A stretch of DNA of 63,347 nucleotides, the filler included, from Octopus bimaculoides (taxonomy: Eukaryota), in NCBI RefSeq assembly GCF_001194135.2. It is 7 parts of 7 records of this genome, joined end to end, with 100 filler letters (N's around TTAATTAATTAA, not from the genome) between each part and the next. Parts side by side here need not be neighbours in the genome. Positions count along the whole stretch, not along the records: positions 1 to 7,123 come from NC_068998.1; positions 7,224 to 38,664 come from NC_068986.1; 5 more parts are not named here. One strand, given 5' to 3'. The position numbers and the translations under genes were made by a program. This document shows positions 1 to 12,714 of this stretch, piece by piece (positions within the stretch are counted from its first letter, which is position 1; each line of letters begins with the position of its first letter). The notes beneath the pieces are model-generated. The model was not told where the DNA came from and ran no database searches. It was given only the letters and a program-made list of their open reading frames with translations.

Positions 1-47
<47 letters not shown>

Positions 48-137
48 TATATATATATATACATATACATATATGTTTCGGAATAGTCATTCTTTTTCTT
101 TTGCCAAATAAACATACGCACTATATATATATCAGTT

Positions 138-176
138 CGGAAAGCTTTCGTCACACTTATATGACCTCTTCAGTGA
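138..176 (-). ncRNA. Penelope-type minimal hammerhead ribozyme motif (stem I degenerate)
   Basis: Minus strand CUGAAGA-G-GUCAUA(UAAG)UGUGAC-GAAA-GC-UU: intact core, 6-bp stem II, palindromic AGCU stem III. Lies downstream of the Penelope ORF at 790-1965. Confidence 0.55.
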
Positions 177-789
177 CCCTTTTATCCACGTGTATCCTCC
201 TGCTCCGCTTAGGCCATTCTGTCCTATGGTGTGTTTCCTTATCTGCGCATGCGGATGCTTCTGTAATAACAATGTGTGTATGTGTATATGTGTGTGTGTG
301 CGTGCGTGCGTACGCATGTCTATGTGTTTCGCATGTGTACTTGACTCTTACTTTCGATATTCTTGTATCCCTCTGTGTCTGTGTGTTCGCTCACGCTGCT
401 GCCATCGTGGTTGTTGGTGTTCGTGTTGTTGTTGCGGCCGTTAGTGAAGTTAGTGAATGTGTGTTTGTGTGTGTATATGGGCTTGCTTACTATGTTGTTT
501 CTATCCGTACACTTTATAGAAGTTTCTTTATTTTATTTTTTTATTGCCTATGAACCTCTATTTCTTATATTTATCATAGGTATGAGCATGTTTGTTTTGT
601 GTGTGTATTACACCGTTTGTAGCTGTTTTTCCCCTTCTGTTTTAGTTGTCGTGTTGCGTGGTGTGGTGGTAGGGCTGTTATTGTTCCATTCGTGTTTTCT
701 ATTGAGGCTTGGTCTGTCTATTACTATGTGTGTGGCTTCTGTCATCTAAGTGTCGTGTCAGTTCTATGCGTTGATAATACCTTAACCTC

Positions 790-1965
790 TATATTTTAAA
801 CCGAGCCTCTATGTTGTACTTGAGCATGTTGGTAGAGCACAGACGAGCTTTTCTTCTCTTCGAACCCCCGCCAGTGTTCGCCTATTCGCTGCCCTATACT
901 GCGTGTCGTCTCCCCTATGTAAGTTGTCTTGTTTCTGCACCGCCCTTCAGCACGCCGTAAGCTATAAACTACATTCCTAATCTTACAGTTAACTAGTGGG
1001 TTCATACTATACAACTGTTCTCCGTACATGGGGACCTATCGAAGGGATATGTTTTACACATCAGAGATTTTATGGGGGTTCCAGGCCTTTCTATTACTTT
1101 AATCCGTAGATTTACCTTATGTAATGCTTTTCTAAAAAAGTATGCTAGTTCGCCACCGGTGGTAGCATCAACGAACATGACACTTTGGTATTTTTTGTTG
1201 TCATACCATGAGTTGGCCTTATCTATCTTTTTCATGATCCTTTTCTTGTTGTTTCAGGATTTACTCTTGTATAGCTGGCAGATCCCATTTGCATCACTCT
1301 CTATGATGGCCTTGTACCTAGCCCTGGCTCCTTTGTACACTCTAATCCTGTTTCTTTGGTTGTAGCCAGAGAATCACATGCAGTGGATGAAGTGTTGTAT
1401 GTGTCTTTCCAATTCCACAGGGTCGCACATGCGGGACACATTCCTCATCACTCTCACCAAGTCCATTATTAGAACAATAGATTTGGCGTTGTCCGCAATA
1501 GCTGCGTTCTTGTGGACAAAGCATTTAGAGTCCATGGGTTTGGCATAAGGGAAATAAAGGATCTGGACCATACTATTCTTGGTTTCCCGCCAGAGTTCTG
1601 TGTCTAAGACCAGTAACCTATGGTTAGGGTGCTTGTTACTTTGATACTCTGGTGGATGGAGTTAGGTATTTGATGAAGGCTCTCCATAATGTTAGCTTCT
1701 TGTTCATCGATATTATCTTGAGCGGGGTGCTTTGGCCACTATGTTGATATCACCCACATAGCGGGAGTACATGGTTAGGATGATGGAGTTTTCTGTTAAT
1801 CAGTCTTTGAGTCTCCTATCCTACCATATTATAAATAGCTAAGCCACATCGCCAGCGATACTGTCACCGATGGCTGCACCTTCCTCTTGGGCGTATATTT
1901 TATTATTAAATTTGAATTTCTGGACAATGGACATAAGATAAAATAAGAACAGTGATAAACGAGTG
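790..1965 (-). mobile_element. Decayed Penelope-like element (RT C-terminus + GIY-YIG endonuclease)
   Basis: QEEGAAIGDSIAGDVA (RT, ~1850-1900), SVMFVDATTGGELA linker, and NVVY...TYIGETTRSIGQRIGEH GIY-YIG (ORF 796-1029). Stops and frameshifts present. Confidence 0.88.
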
Positions 1966-2330
1966 AAGAACGAGTATATAGTGTGTGTTTCTTTGGCAAA
2001 AGAAAACAAGAATGACCACTCTGAAATATAACGGCATTTGTTTCAATACACAATTTCATATCAGGAATCTTGCAACACAAAGAATCACTTGAAACCTCAG
2101 GCTCTATGCTGTTTCTTCACTTGACGTATCTGTCTTCATAGTGACCGTTCCGAATTGTTTTTCTTGTCTTTTTGTTTGGTTTTGCCTTGTTTTGTTTCGT
2201 TTTTCATGCTTTATAATTCTATGCTTTTCAGGCTGGTGCATTCGCCCTTTAGATTCTGTGTATTTATCTTTTTGTCTCCTCTTTACCTCATAATTTTACT
2301 CGTGTTATCTGTGTGAGTTTGTGGGCATGT

Positions 2331-2413
<83 letters not shown>

Positions 2414-2991
2414 TAGACAACAAAGCAAAAACGAAGAATACTAAATATAAAACTGAATGTATATATGTATGTATGTATACAGAAACACATTCACACACAA
2501 ATAATCATTTGTAGGATTCATTAGAATCTAGGTATTTTAACGTTTAGGACTCCGAGAAAAACTCGAGTTACTCATGTACGTCAAGGTATCATGTATCTAT
2601 AACACAATATACGCGTATATATACGAATACACTCACTCACACACACATACACTCGCGCACACACGCACGCACGCACACACGCACACACACAAACACACAA
2701 CCACACAGACAGACACACACGCAGAGAAGTTTACGATCCAATGCAAACTATAGGTCCAACATACGGATCGTTCTCGGTATCGCGTTTGTATAAAATAAGA
2801 AGCAAATGGATTTTAAAGGTTCATAACAGCTATTTAAGGAGCATTTTTTATTGATGAATAGATCGATTACATCACGAAAAAAATCGGCTTTCATCCGGTA
2901 AGTTTGAACCAATGTAGAAGATTCCGAGTAACCCGCTTTGTTAGGCATTGTTCAAACGATGCCTAACAAAGAAGGTCGCTCGGAACCTTCT

Positions 2992-3042
<51 letters not shown>

Positions 3043-3049
3043 TATCATA

Positions 3050-3683
3050 GGAAAAAGGAAAACAAAGCCAAGGCAGGACGAGAATCGCAGGTGATCTAGA
3101 GTATTTAATTAGGGTAAGGTGAATGAAAAAAGAAGTAGAAGTAATTAATGCCTTACAGCTGTTTCTGGGATATCCAAGGTGATGGGTAAACATTTCTATA
3201 CACTGGGTATCCCGTCATCAGAGATAAGGTGTGTATGCAGAAAAGTTCCAGACAGAATTCACAGTATATAGAAGAATAAAGCAGTAGATAGAAGTATAGC
3301 TCCTTAAGTATAATATTTTTTTCTCTCACACGCTAACTACCCGATCTATTCCTTTAATCTGAATGAATCATTCAAAATACTGCCTGGATTTACCCGTGGT
3401 TATATTAAGAGTCTATACTTTTACGAAACTCCATACCTTCTGAAACAAGATGAACTGTGAACTTTATTCTTCTATTCTCTGTCGAGAACTTTACTGCATA
3501 CACACTTTGTTTCTGATGACAGAATACCCAATGTATGGGAATGTTTACCCGCCACTTGGGATATCTACCAAACAGCTGTAAGACATTAACTACTTCTACT
3601 TCGCCCTTTTTGATTCACCTTACTCTAATTAAATACTCCAAATGACCTGAGATACTTGTCCTGCCTTGGTTTTTTCTTTTTCC
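3050..3683. repeat. Inverted pair of ~190-bp repeat copies (3050-3240 and 3494-3683)
   Basis: The reverse complement of 3050-3240 aligns by eye along its whole length with 3494-3683 (ctgcatacaca...ctgatgac...cagctgtaag...ctaattaaatactc...gtcctgccttgg). Confidence 0.85.
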
Positions 3684-3904
3684 TTCCGTATATGCCTGCT
3701 CACTCGGAAGCCTACTACGGATCCCTAGCTCCAGCCTCAACTGAGAACTTGGAACCTAATGGATGACCAATTATAGCACTTATGCAACATACCTATTGGT
3801 TTAGATCATCAGTGAACTAAACCCTCCATATTCTCCATATATATATATTTATGTATACATATATACAAACATAATACATACATGAATATATATATATTAT
3901 TAAA

Positions 3905-4130
3905 CAACACGAACTTGACTACAGTCTACCACCCAGACGTAACGCTAGACCTGAAAACGGGCAAGTACTATGATAAAACTGTACACATTCACAGAAGGTC
4001 GAATATCCCCCCATCACAGCAGTAATTAGAAAGCTAGTATCAGACGTTAGCAAAAGAATACCGAAACTTTCAACCGATAGGGAGATCTAAATTGACGCAT
4101 TAGCGTGGAGTGGATTTTCCGAGAAGTTAA
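3905..4130 (+). mobile_element. Penelope-like RT C-terminal fragment
   Basis: PDVTLDLKTGKYY...HIHRRSNIPP resembles the FLDV.L.L....PY.KP...Y....SNHP segment of the copies at 39.9-40.1 kb and 46 kb. Confidence 0.6.
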
Positions 4131-4669
4131 CATATATGGAGGAACCCCAAGCTTTCCCGCTGCATCCAGAGAGGATCAGAAAGATAAAGATAATCTGATT
4201 CAACCCTCCATTTAACCAAGAAATTTCCACCAGCATGGTTATGAGTTTCCTGTCGTTGATTTAGAAGCATTTCCCCAGAGATCACAAGTTCTATAAGCTT
4301 TTCAACCCACATAACGTCAAGGTGAGCTACTCCTGCTTAGATAATATCCCTACCAATATTGCACGCTACAATAGACGCAAACAAACATGCACCTGCACAA
4401 CCTACATATCGTACTTCCATATATTTGCATATTTATATGTGTTCGTATATATTGTGTGTTTTTCTATGTATGTGCTTATAAAATATGATTGATGTGTATT
4501 GAATTCATGTGTGTTTGCGACTTATATGCATACATCTGTGAATATGAAATTTATAATTAAAACTGTGGAACTGCATTGCGTAAAGATGTTTAGTGGCGTG
4601 CGTGTGTGTGTGTATGTATGTATGTTAGTACGTTTTTATTCGAGTTTTAGTTAATTTCTTCTTCAGGTA

Positions 4670-6840
4670 GTTGAAACTGAGTGGATTTGGTGAAAAAGCC
4701 TAATATTTCTAGATTTTTGTGTAACGCTATAAATATATAGCTGAATGCACCTATGATGATAGGTCCAAATGAGAATTCATAGTCATGGTACAAGAATGGT
4801 AAGTTTCGCATAAGTTCTCTTTTCCTGGACTTTTAATGGTACATTCACATCTGCTCGGCAGTTGACCCCGGCTACAGTGCGTGACTTGGCTTCCCTGTCC
4901 CATAGAACAATATGAAGTCTGTTATGTTAGCACCGAATTGCTATTTTTATTGGAACGTTCCACCAGTATTCCTTGCTTTTAACGGTGTGAATGCATTCTG
5001 ATTCTGACATACCTTTGATGTATACATCAGGATAACCTTTTCAACGGATAGATTTGTAAATAGACTTTGCAACTATATCATGCCTCAAGGGCAGGAAGTA
5101 TCTCATTGAAATTTTGGGGCAGGTGCTGATGATGTGGGCTATATCTTCCACACTGGTATAGCATAGTCGATATTCTATCATAACGTAAAGGTTGAGTGGT
5201 ATCTTTGTCTCTCTTGTTAATCAAGTATTTAATAGCTACCTCCTATTCTTAGGTGGGGTGTAATATATCTATCACAGGTTCATGAGAGGCTACTCTTCCT
5301 GTCAATGCTGCTGTTATCCTGTAAGTTACGGGGCATGGACCCATATATTGTTTTTGGTATGATGCGTGCTTCTCTCCCAAGCTTTTGTTAGGTAGGCTAG
5401 GCCCAACCTCCTTAGGGTCGTATGAGACTGTTGTATTCTCAGAGTACCTTCTCAGCAGTTCTTCCCTCTCTTTTGCTCTCACTTTTGAGTATGCATTTAA
5501 TGTACTCGTTTCTTTATTTCTTGTTCAGTAGGAGTTGTTTGATTGATGCAATGTGACATTCAAATGCTGTTTGAACTGACTGTATACCTCAAAGGCCATT
5601 TCTTTACCTCACATAAATCCTATCGGTGTCGCCGTTGTGAAAGTTGCTAGTGGAGGTCAATATTTTTCTGGTTTTGATGCCCAGGCTGCAGATCTCATCA
5701 AGTGTCCAGGTCAATATACCAAATGTTAGTACTAGCAGTGGTACTGCAAAGGCATTGTAAGACAAGGTCTTGTTAAATGCATACAACTCTGAGTTCTGTA
5801 TTTTCTAGGGTCTACAGAAATACTCTTTTGTTATCCTGGCTTAAGTCACAACATCAACATATGCACATTCTTATCGATGTACATATCTGGTCGACAATCC
5901 TTCCTCAATTGATTATCATGTATACACATCTATCTTGACTAAACTACATCCCAATGTCCTGTGAAAATTTTGTGACTAGTTCTAATTGTTTCTTGATGTT
6001 GTTCATGTTACCAATATAACTTTAGATCATCAACAAGAAATGTGTAGGTGATATTTAATTTTATTCTTTTCTGCATATCCCAGCATGTCTTGGCATTTTA
6101 TTAACAGAGCTAACAAGGGGTTCAATGCCAGCACAAACAACACAACAGATAAACTATTACTCGGGAATATGCCTGGTTGATAGCTTAATTCAATTTGTTG
6201 CTTTAATGGTTGCCAGTCTTTCAATAGAATTCACTATAGCAGCTGGTACTTTGGCAAGGTATGGTGATTCTATCATCCATGTGCGCCTCACAATGGCAGC
6301 AAATAAGGTAGCAGGTACCTCGCTAAATGTAGATACTTCAGCAGCCACGAGTGGGGAAGAGAGGTGAATGTCTTCTCATAGTCAAACCATACTCTCGCAA
6401 GGCGTCTACGATGTTTTCAGACTTCAGACAGTACCTCTTTGTTTCTCAAAAGTTGTTCGGTATATCTCAACACTCCCTTCATTCCATCTGCCTGTTCATC
6501 AGTCACTATGTTGACTAGAGTACATTTGTACATAACATTTAGACAAGCAATGGGCCTATAGTTTTCTGCTAATTCGATGTTTCATTTTTGGCCACAAGAT
6601 TCGTTCGTACTATAGCAAGCCAATTTTATATGTCAATCTGACCTTCAACAGTCCTTCGAATACACATATTAATGGTTTTCTGCACCACTGTCCAACTATT
6701 AGGTCTCTTCTACTCGCCTTCCCATTATGCAGTTTGCCTACAGATAGTGAAACTTTAGATCCATTAAATACACAAAACTGTTATATCAAAGGAACCAAAG
6801 ACACTTATTCAGCAGAAACACCTGTTGGAATGCAATATGA
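4670..6840 (-). mobile_element. Decayed R4/Dong-type (RLE) non-LTR retrotransposon
   Basis: GIFPSNSLSVVLFVLALNPL (RT GIFQGDSLSP-type), NAFAVPLLVLTFGILTW, zinc-knuckle remnant YRLCYTSVEDIAHIISTCP...RHD, and RLE remnant HNRLHIVLWDRE...PIIIGA. Confidence 0.85.
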
Positions 6841-7167
6841 AGAAAATGATTTTTAATAACTAACTTATACGAATGTTTTGCTCATCGTTCTTCATTATTT
6901 TGTCTTGATGATATATTCAGTATTCTACATGAAATACTTTGAAGCGGACTCAAGATTTACTAATCGAAGGAAATACAATTTAATTGTCTATTCTAAACAA
7001 TTCTAAAGGCGTCCTATCATTCGACAGGGTTAGCTAAGCCTGGATTTTACCAGATTGCTCGTAAAGTGCATATCCAGATTTAAAATCCCTTTTCCTTTTC
7101 GTTATATATATATATATATATATNNNNNNNNNNNNNNNNNNNNNNNNNNNNNNNNNNNNNNNNNNNN

Positions 7168-7179
7168 TTAATTAATTAA
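7168..7179. other. Artificial assembly linker TTAATTAATTAA (also 38709-38720, 49083-49094, 52989-53000, 55985-55996, 61115-61126)
   Basis: Identical self-complementary 12-mer with stops in all six frames, each embedded in N runs. Confidence 0.95.
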
Positions 7180-7223
7180 NNNNNNNNNNNNNNNNNNNNN
7201 NNNNNNNNNNNNNNNNNNNNNNN

Positions 7224-7436
7224 CTGTGATTGCCTGGAGGACTATGGTAAATAAGAGGGGGCTGAGGACGGAACCTTGGTGGACCCCTACCTCTACCCGG
7301 AATTCATTGCTGTACTCATTTCCAACCCTCACCTTACTGGCAGCATCTCTGTACATGGCTCGCACAGCTCTCACTAACCATTCTTCTATCCCAAGTTTCC
7401 TCATTGACCACCAGATAAGGGATCGGGGGACCCTGT
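7224..7436 (-). mobile_element. RTE-clade LINE RT fragment
   Basis: WWSMRKLGIEEWLVRAVRAMY...VGVHQGSVLSPLLF; near-identical to 50241-50460. Confidence 0.92.
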
Positions 7437-7612
7437 GTGTGTCTGTGTTTGTCCCCCCAACATCGCTTGACAACCGATGCTGGTGTGTTTACATCCCCGT
7501 AATTTAGCAGTTTGGCAAGAGAGACCGATAGAATAAGTCCTGAGGTCGATTTGCTCGACTAAAGGCGGTGCTCCAGCATGGCCGCAGTCAAATGACTGAA
7601 ACAGGTAAAATA
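7437..7612 (+). mobile_element. SINE module B (family also at 53365, 59200, 61270)
   Basis: gctggtgtgtttac...gaccgatagaataagt...ccagcatggccgcag...atgactgaaacag recurs at several loci. Confidence 0.75.
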
Positions 7613-7669
<57 letters not shown>

Positions 7670-8254
7670 CACACACACAAATACACAAATATGTAGAGAG
7701 ATACAGACAGATGTGGAGATTAATATACCAACAAAATAGTGGCATAAACTGATAAAATTAAATGCACAAGAGAAACTATTAATGTGTGTGTGTGCATGTA
7801 TATACACACACACATATACTGATATATTAATGAATTCTTGTGTGTATGCCTATTTATATTTTGCTATTTGAAAAATTCTATTTTATGCTATTTGTAATCC
7901 TTCTAGCTTGTAAAAGCAGCTGTCTTTAGTTTTTTCTGTACTTTTATGTCTGGCTGCTGTGATGTATGTTTGATTTACAGTACTTGAGAGTATAATATTT
8001 TATACTTGTAGTAACATATATAGACTGCTTTTTGTGAGTTTTAACATTTCATCAACATAAGGCAGAGTAAGCATTTTTTTATGTTGGATTTTCCAGCTAC
8101 GGGCATAATGTGAGCTTTGTGTAGCTACATTGCACCATTTTAGTAACTTGATTATGTAGTCAGTAATTCAGTGCTTTAACATTAGTCATTATGTGTGTTA
8201 TTATCTTTGAACTTATTTTGAAATTAATACTTTTTCATTTTGTCATTTATTGTG

Positions 8255-8600
8255 GGCAAAGGCATGGCTATGGGATAAGAATTTTGCTTCCCAACCACAT
8301 AGGCAAGTGCCTTCTTCAACAGCCCTGGGCTGATCAAAGCCTCGTAAGTGAATTTGGTCAACAGAAACTGGAAGAAGCTTATCAAATGCATGTATGTGTG
8401 TGTGTGTGTCTTTGTCTTGACATTGTGTAATAATTATAAATTGATTGTCACTGTCATTCATTTCTAATATTGACAATGGGAAAATACTACCTTACTTGGA
8501 AATAGGTGGCTATTAGCAACAGAAAGGGCATCTGGCTGTAGAAAATCTGACTCAATTAACTCCATGCTAACATGGAAAAGTAGACAATAATCGATGATGA
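8255..8600 (+). mobile_element. tRNA-like-head SINE (module A) with RTE-like 3' tail; relatives at 14440-14880 and 22180-22560
   Basis: ggcatggct...ttgcttcccaaccacat head, (GT)n spacer, then aagggcatctggctgtagaaa...ccatgct..catggaaa...(gat)n tail. Confidence 0.7.
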
Positions 8601-8642
8601 TGATGATATTTCATGGCATTATATATATTTGTTTCAGGAAAG

Positions 8643-9022
8643 CTGTTGTTGTTGTTGGTACTCCATCGCTTACAACGTCGAGGGTTCCAGTTGATCCGAT
8701 CAACGGAACAGCCTGCTCGTGAAATTAACGTGCAAGTGGCTGAGCACTCCACAGACACGTCTACCCTTAACGTAGTTCTCGGGGATATTCAACGTGACAC
8801 AGTGTGACAAGGCTGACCCTTTGAATTACAGGCACAACAGAAACAGGAAGTAAGAGTGAGAAAAAGTTGTGGTGAAAGAGTACAGCAGGGTTCGCCACCA
8901 TCCCCTACCGGAGCCTCATGGAGCTTTTAGGTGTTTTCGCTCAATAAACACTCACAACGCCCGGTCTGGGAATCGAAACCGCGAGTCCGCTGCCCTAACC
9001 ACAGGGCCACTGCGCCTCCACT
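8643..9022 (-). mobile_element. tRNA-derived SINE with (AAC)n tail, copy 1
   Basis: Minus strand begins aggcgcagtggcc..tggttagggcagcg...ggtttcgattccc (A/B-box-like) and ends in (aac)n; highly similar to 54328-54731. Confidence 0.85.
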
Positions 9023-10892
9023 CAGGAAAGCTGAACAGGACCATAAATTACTGAAGCATTTATGATGGAATTTCCTTCATTAAGTCAACTTATAAAAACA
9101 TTTTCTTCATTACAGTAAATAATATATGTCTACAATACAAAATAGTGCATACGGTTTTATTTGTGGTTGACCTACATAATCTTGGGGCCTTACCAATTAG
9201 CCATTATGTTTTATTTGTACCCAGGGCCCCATGGGGCCCCGAGCTGGGTAACCTCTCAAAATTCAAGATTCATGTTTAAGTATTTTTATTTTCAATGAGA
9301 CACTACCATCTCCTCTGACATATTCACAGCCACCTCCTCCTTGGCTGTATGCCCCTCCCCCACTAAACCATTTTAACATCTGAGCTCTTCCCCACTCCCA
9401 TCTCGTCTAGGTCTGTTTGTACTTCATGTTACAAACCTCAATGAAACAAAATCAACAAGAGCCTCTATGTTGTCACTCACCCTGATAGAAATAGCAACCA
9501 AATCCCATCAAATCACATTCTTCTGTTTTAAATAAGGAAAAGGACACATTGGGTAATGTTGTCCAAAGACAGGATGTTCATGAGGAAAGCCTTTCATCAT
9601 AGGTCTTCACAACCAAGGCTGATCTGAGACTAAACAACTTCAGTGATTTCAAACTGTATGATTAAAATTTAGTTTAGTAATTCTACACAACTTTTTATAG
9701 GAAACAGCTGAAGCTACAACTTCTAAAATATTTTGTGTTATATTGCTCTAATTTAATTCTATGGTCTGACTAAGTATCGAACTAAGTTTAGTGACTCTGC
9801 TTTATTTCGTGCGTTCACCTCATGTCCTTTTAAAGTGAACTTTTGACAGCCTTCTAATTTGCATACTGGTTTGTTTCATAAGTGGCATGATACTTTTTGC
9901 ATGTGGATCTTTAGGTTCTGCTTTTTTTTTTAATCAGCTTGCATTTTTGAGTATATATTGCATTGTATTTGCTCACATATTGACTCCATTATTAGCTTGC
10001 ATTCAAGTAATGTAATCCAAGTTAATAATTCTGTATTAAAACATAACATTTTGTCAACAATTAAAAACAATTGCTTTGTTGCTTTTTTATGTATGATCCG
10101 CTTTGAACTCAGCAATTATTTATGACATCAGTTAATTATCTGTTCCGTACACAAGTACTTATTGCTACATACAAAATATAAACTCAAAATTATCTTATGA
10201 TATTATCTTCCTAACACACATCTAATATTTGTTTATGTAACAAAAACTGTTGTTTATAAAGCTTATCTGCAATCTTTTTCTAAGAATCATGACTACAGTT
10301 TGTCAGTTATAAATTTAGGTTAATTTTTAGGTTAGTTTCATAACCAGTTTACTTCATTAACAAATGATGTGTCTAATCTTGTGTACATAACTAGTTATTC
10401 TGCTTAGTCTTCAGATCCTCAAGTATTTCCACTATACCTATGTTAAAACTATATTTTCATTTATAATCCATAGCTTTAGCCCTGTTCTCTATGATGAGCT
10501 GCATCTCGTGTGCTCATTTCTGCTGTACTCATTTTATGTACTCACAAGTATAAGGAAACTGCATGTTTGTGACCTGTATTTCTCATCTGTTTGAGGAAGT
10601 GTCCAGTCTTGATTATGCATGTTGCAGGTATGAGGTGCATCCATGGATTGCATTTATAGCATGATATCATTTACTACTGAATGCTGAAACATATGAAAGA
10701 GATGCAATAAAGGAAAACCAGGTTCAAGCCCATGTTCTTTTCTCTCATTATTGATATGCTCTTTACATTACATTAGTTATAGCCATCTTCAGACTGCTTA
10801 GAAGCTTGTGGGGTCATGCAATAGTGTAAGTTTATTGTGATTACCAATACAACCCAATAAAATTGCACTGAGTGCATCCATGTCTATTATAT

Positions 10893-11223
10893 ATCATCAT
10901 CATCATCATCATCATTTAACGTCCGCTTTCCATGCTAGCATGGGTTGGACGATTTGACTGAGGACTGGTGAAACCGGATGGCAACACCAGGCTCCAATCT
11001 AATTTGGCAGAGTTTCTACAGCTGGATGCCCTTCCTAACGCCAACCACTCAGAGAGTGTAGTGGGTGCTTTTACGTGTCACCCGCACGAAAACGGCCACG
11101 CTCGAAATGGTGTCTTTTATGTGCCACCCGCACATGAGCCAGTCCAGGGGCACTGGCAACGATCTCGCTCGAAAACCCTACAAGGCCAGTCAGGCGGAAA
11201 AGAGGGGTTGTATTTCCATGCAG
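10893..11223 (-). mobile_element. RTE-tailed SINE/3' fragment; same family at 26250-26695 (+), 30322-30560 (-), 48322-48483 (+), 51520-51620 (-), 52630-52700 (-)
   Basis: Shared gagtggttggcgttaggaagggcatccagctgtagaaactctgcc...ccaacccatgctagcatggaaagcggac.ttaaacgatgatgatg. It generates the recurring spurious ORF PDGxTRLQSxLAEFLQLDALPNANHSES. Confidence 0.85.
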
Positions 11224-12465
11224 NNNNNNNNNNNNNNNNNNNNNNNNNNNNNNNNNNNNNNNNNNNNNNNNNNNNNNNNNNNNNNNNNNNNNNNNNNNNN
11301 NNNNNNNNNNNNNNNNNNNNNNNNNNNNNNNNNNNNNNNNNNNNNNNNNNNNNNNNNNNNNNNNNNNNNNNNNNNNNNNNNNNNNNNNNNNNNNNNNNNN
11401 NNNNNNNNNNNNNNNNNNNNNNNNNNNNNNNNNNNNNNNNNNNNNNNNNNNNNNNNNNNNNNNNNNNNNNNNNNNNNNNNNNNNNNNNNNNNNNNNNNNN
11501 NNNNNNNNNNNNNNNNNNNNNNNNNNNNNNNNNNNNNNNNNNNNNNNNNNNNNNNNNNNNNNNNNNNNNNNNNNNNNNNNNNNNNNNNNNNNNNNNNNNN
11601 NNNNNNNNNNNNNNNNNNNNNNNNNNNNNNNNNNNNNNNNNNNNNNNNNNNNNNNNNNNNNNNNNNNNNNNNNNNNNNNNNNNNNNNNNNNNNNNNNNNN
11701 NNNNNNNNNNNNNNNNNNNNNNNNNNNNNNNNNNNNNNNNNNNNNNNNNNNNNNNNNNNNNNNNNNNNNNNNNNNNNNNNNNNNNNNNNNNNNNNNNNNN
11801 NNNNNNNNNNNNNNNNNNNNNNNNNNNNNNNNNNNNNNNNNNNNNNNNNNNNNNNNNNNNNNNTTATATATTTATATTTATATATTTATATATTTGATCC
11901 TTTATATTGAACACTCAATATTTCATCTACATTCAATACTTTCTTTCATGGTGCCATCCATTTTTATTTTATTTTATTTTATTTTATATTATATATTGTA
12001 TATTATATTATATATTGTATATTCCATATTCTATACCCCACATTGGTTCTGCAGGAATATAAATAAAACATAAAAAACAGACAGTGTTGGAACTCTTTTA
12101 AACAAAATAATATATAAAGTAGTTGTATGCTGTCAACTTAATGTGACAGTCCCATGAAGGGAATAATACTACTGCTATTTAGCTCTAGGAAGCAGCACCG
12201 CTTCCTGTCGGCCTTGACACATTTCCTGTGTCCTTATGTTTACAAGGGGGCGACACATTCACATGCCTTATCTATCTCAATCTGTCTGTCAGTTTCTTTC
12301 TTTCTCGCACAGATATACACTCGCATGCAAACTAACTGTGATTCTTTACTTTTTGGACAAATATAATCCCTGTCTCCAACTTAGCAATCCTAACTTTCAT
12401 AAAAACATTTCTAAATATCATAAAACTAGAAATATTCAAATATATTTAATTTCTTTACGATTATT

Positions 12466-12519
<54 letters not shown>

Positions 12520-12539
12520 GCTGTTGTTGTATGTTTCAG

Positions 12540-12714
12540 GTGTGCCATGGCATTAGTTCATTCACGGATAAGGTGTGTGTTTTATGGTACATCTTCTCCT
12601 GATGGTGCTTTAGGGAGCCGTTACAAGCTTCATCTTCAGAAGAATTTAAATCATCACTATGAAGTCTTCCGTGGAATTTTAAGCAAGGACTGTGAAACTT
12701 TACTTGGTACATGA
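12540..12714 (+). CDS. ADAT3: Last coding exon of tRNA-specific adenosine deaminase subunit ADAT3/Tad3
   Basis: tttcag acceptor at 12538-12539, then G + 58 codons: (M)CAMALVHSRIRCVFYGTSSPDGALGSRYKLHLQKNLNHHYEVFRGILSKDCETLLGT-stop. This matches the ADAT3 C-terminal signature CAMALVHSRI..VFYG....DGALG....LH....LNH.(Y/F).VF as I recall it. Phase-2 intron implied. Upstream exons not found. Confidence 0.93.

Noticed and set aside
2283-2514. Cys/Val, His/Thr, Tyr/Ile and Leu/Ser-rich ORFs throughout the track (e.g. 55173-55623, 56570-57121)
   Set aside because: Translations of (CA)n, (TA)n and (TCTA)n microsatellites.
4667-4798. Apparent plus-strand exon (ttcttcag acceptor, ATG|GTAAGT donor) that might have been the ADAT3 first exon
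   Set aside because: All frames are closed. The minus strand reads LYHDYEFSFGPIIIGAFSY..LEILGF, the end of the R4/Dong RLE domain, and it lies across an assembly linker from ADAT3. At most a TE exonisation candidate.
10968-11910. Long ORFs (281-309 aa); similar at 41745-42624, 59526-60252 and 24984-25462
   Set aside because: They consist mostly of X translated from N gaps, with SINE or microsatellite flanks.
12185-12215. Minus-strand GSGAAS resembling the SGAAPL motif of the missing acyl-CoA synthetase exon
   Set aside because: Immediately followed by a stop, with no family context or splice sites.
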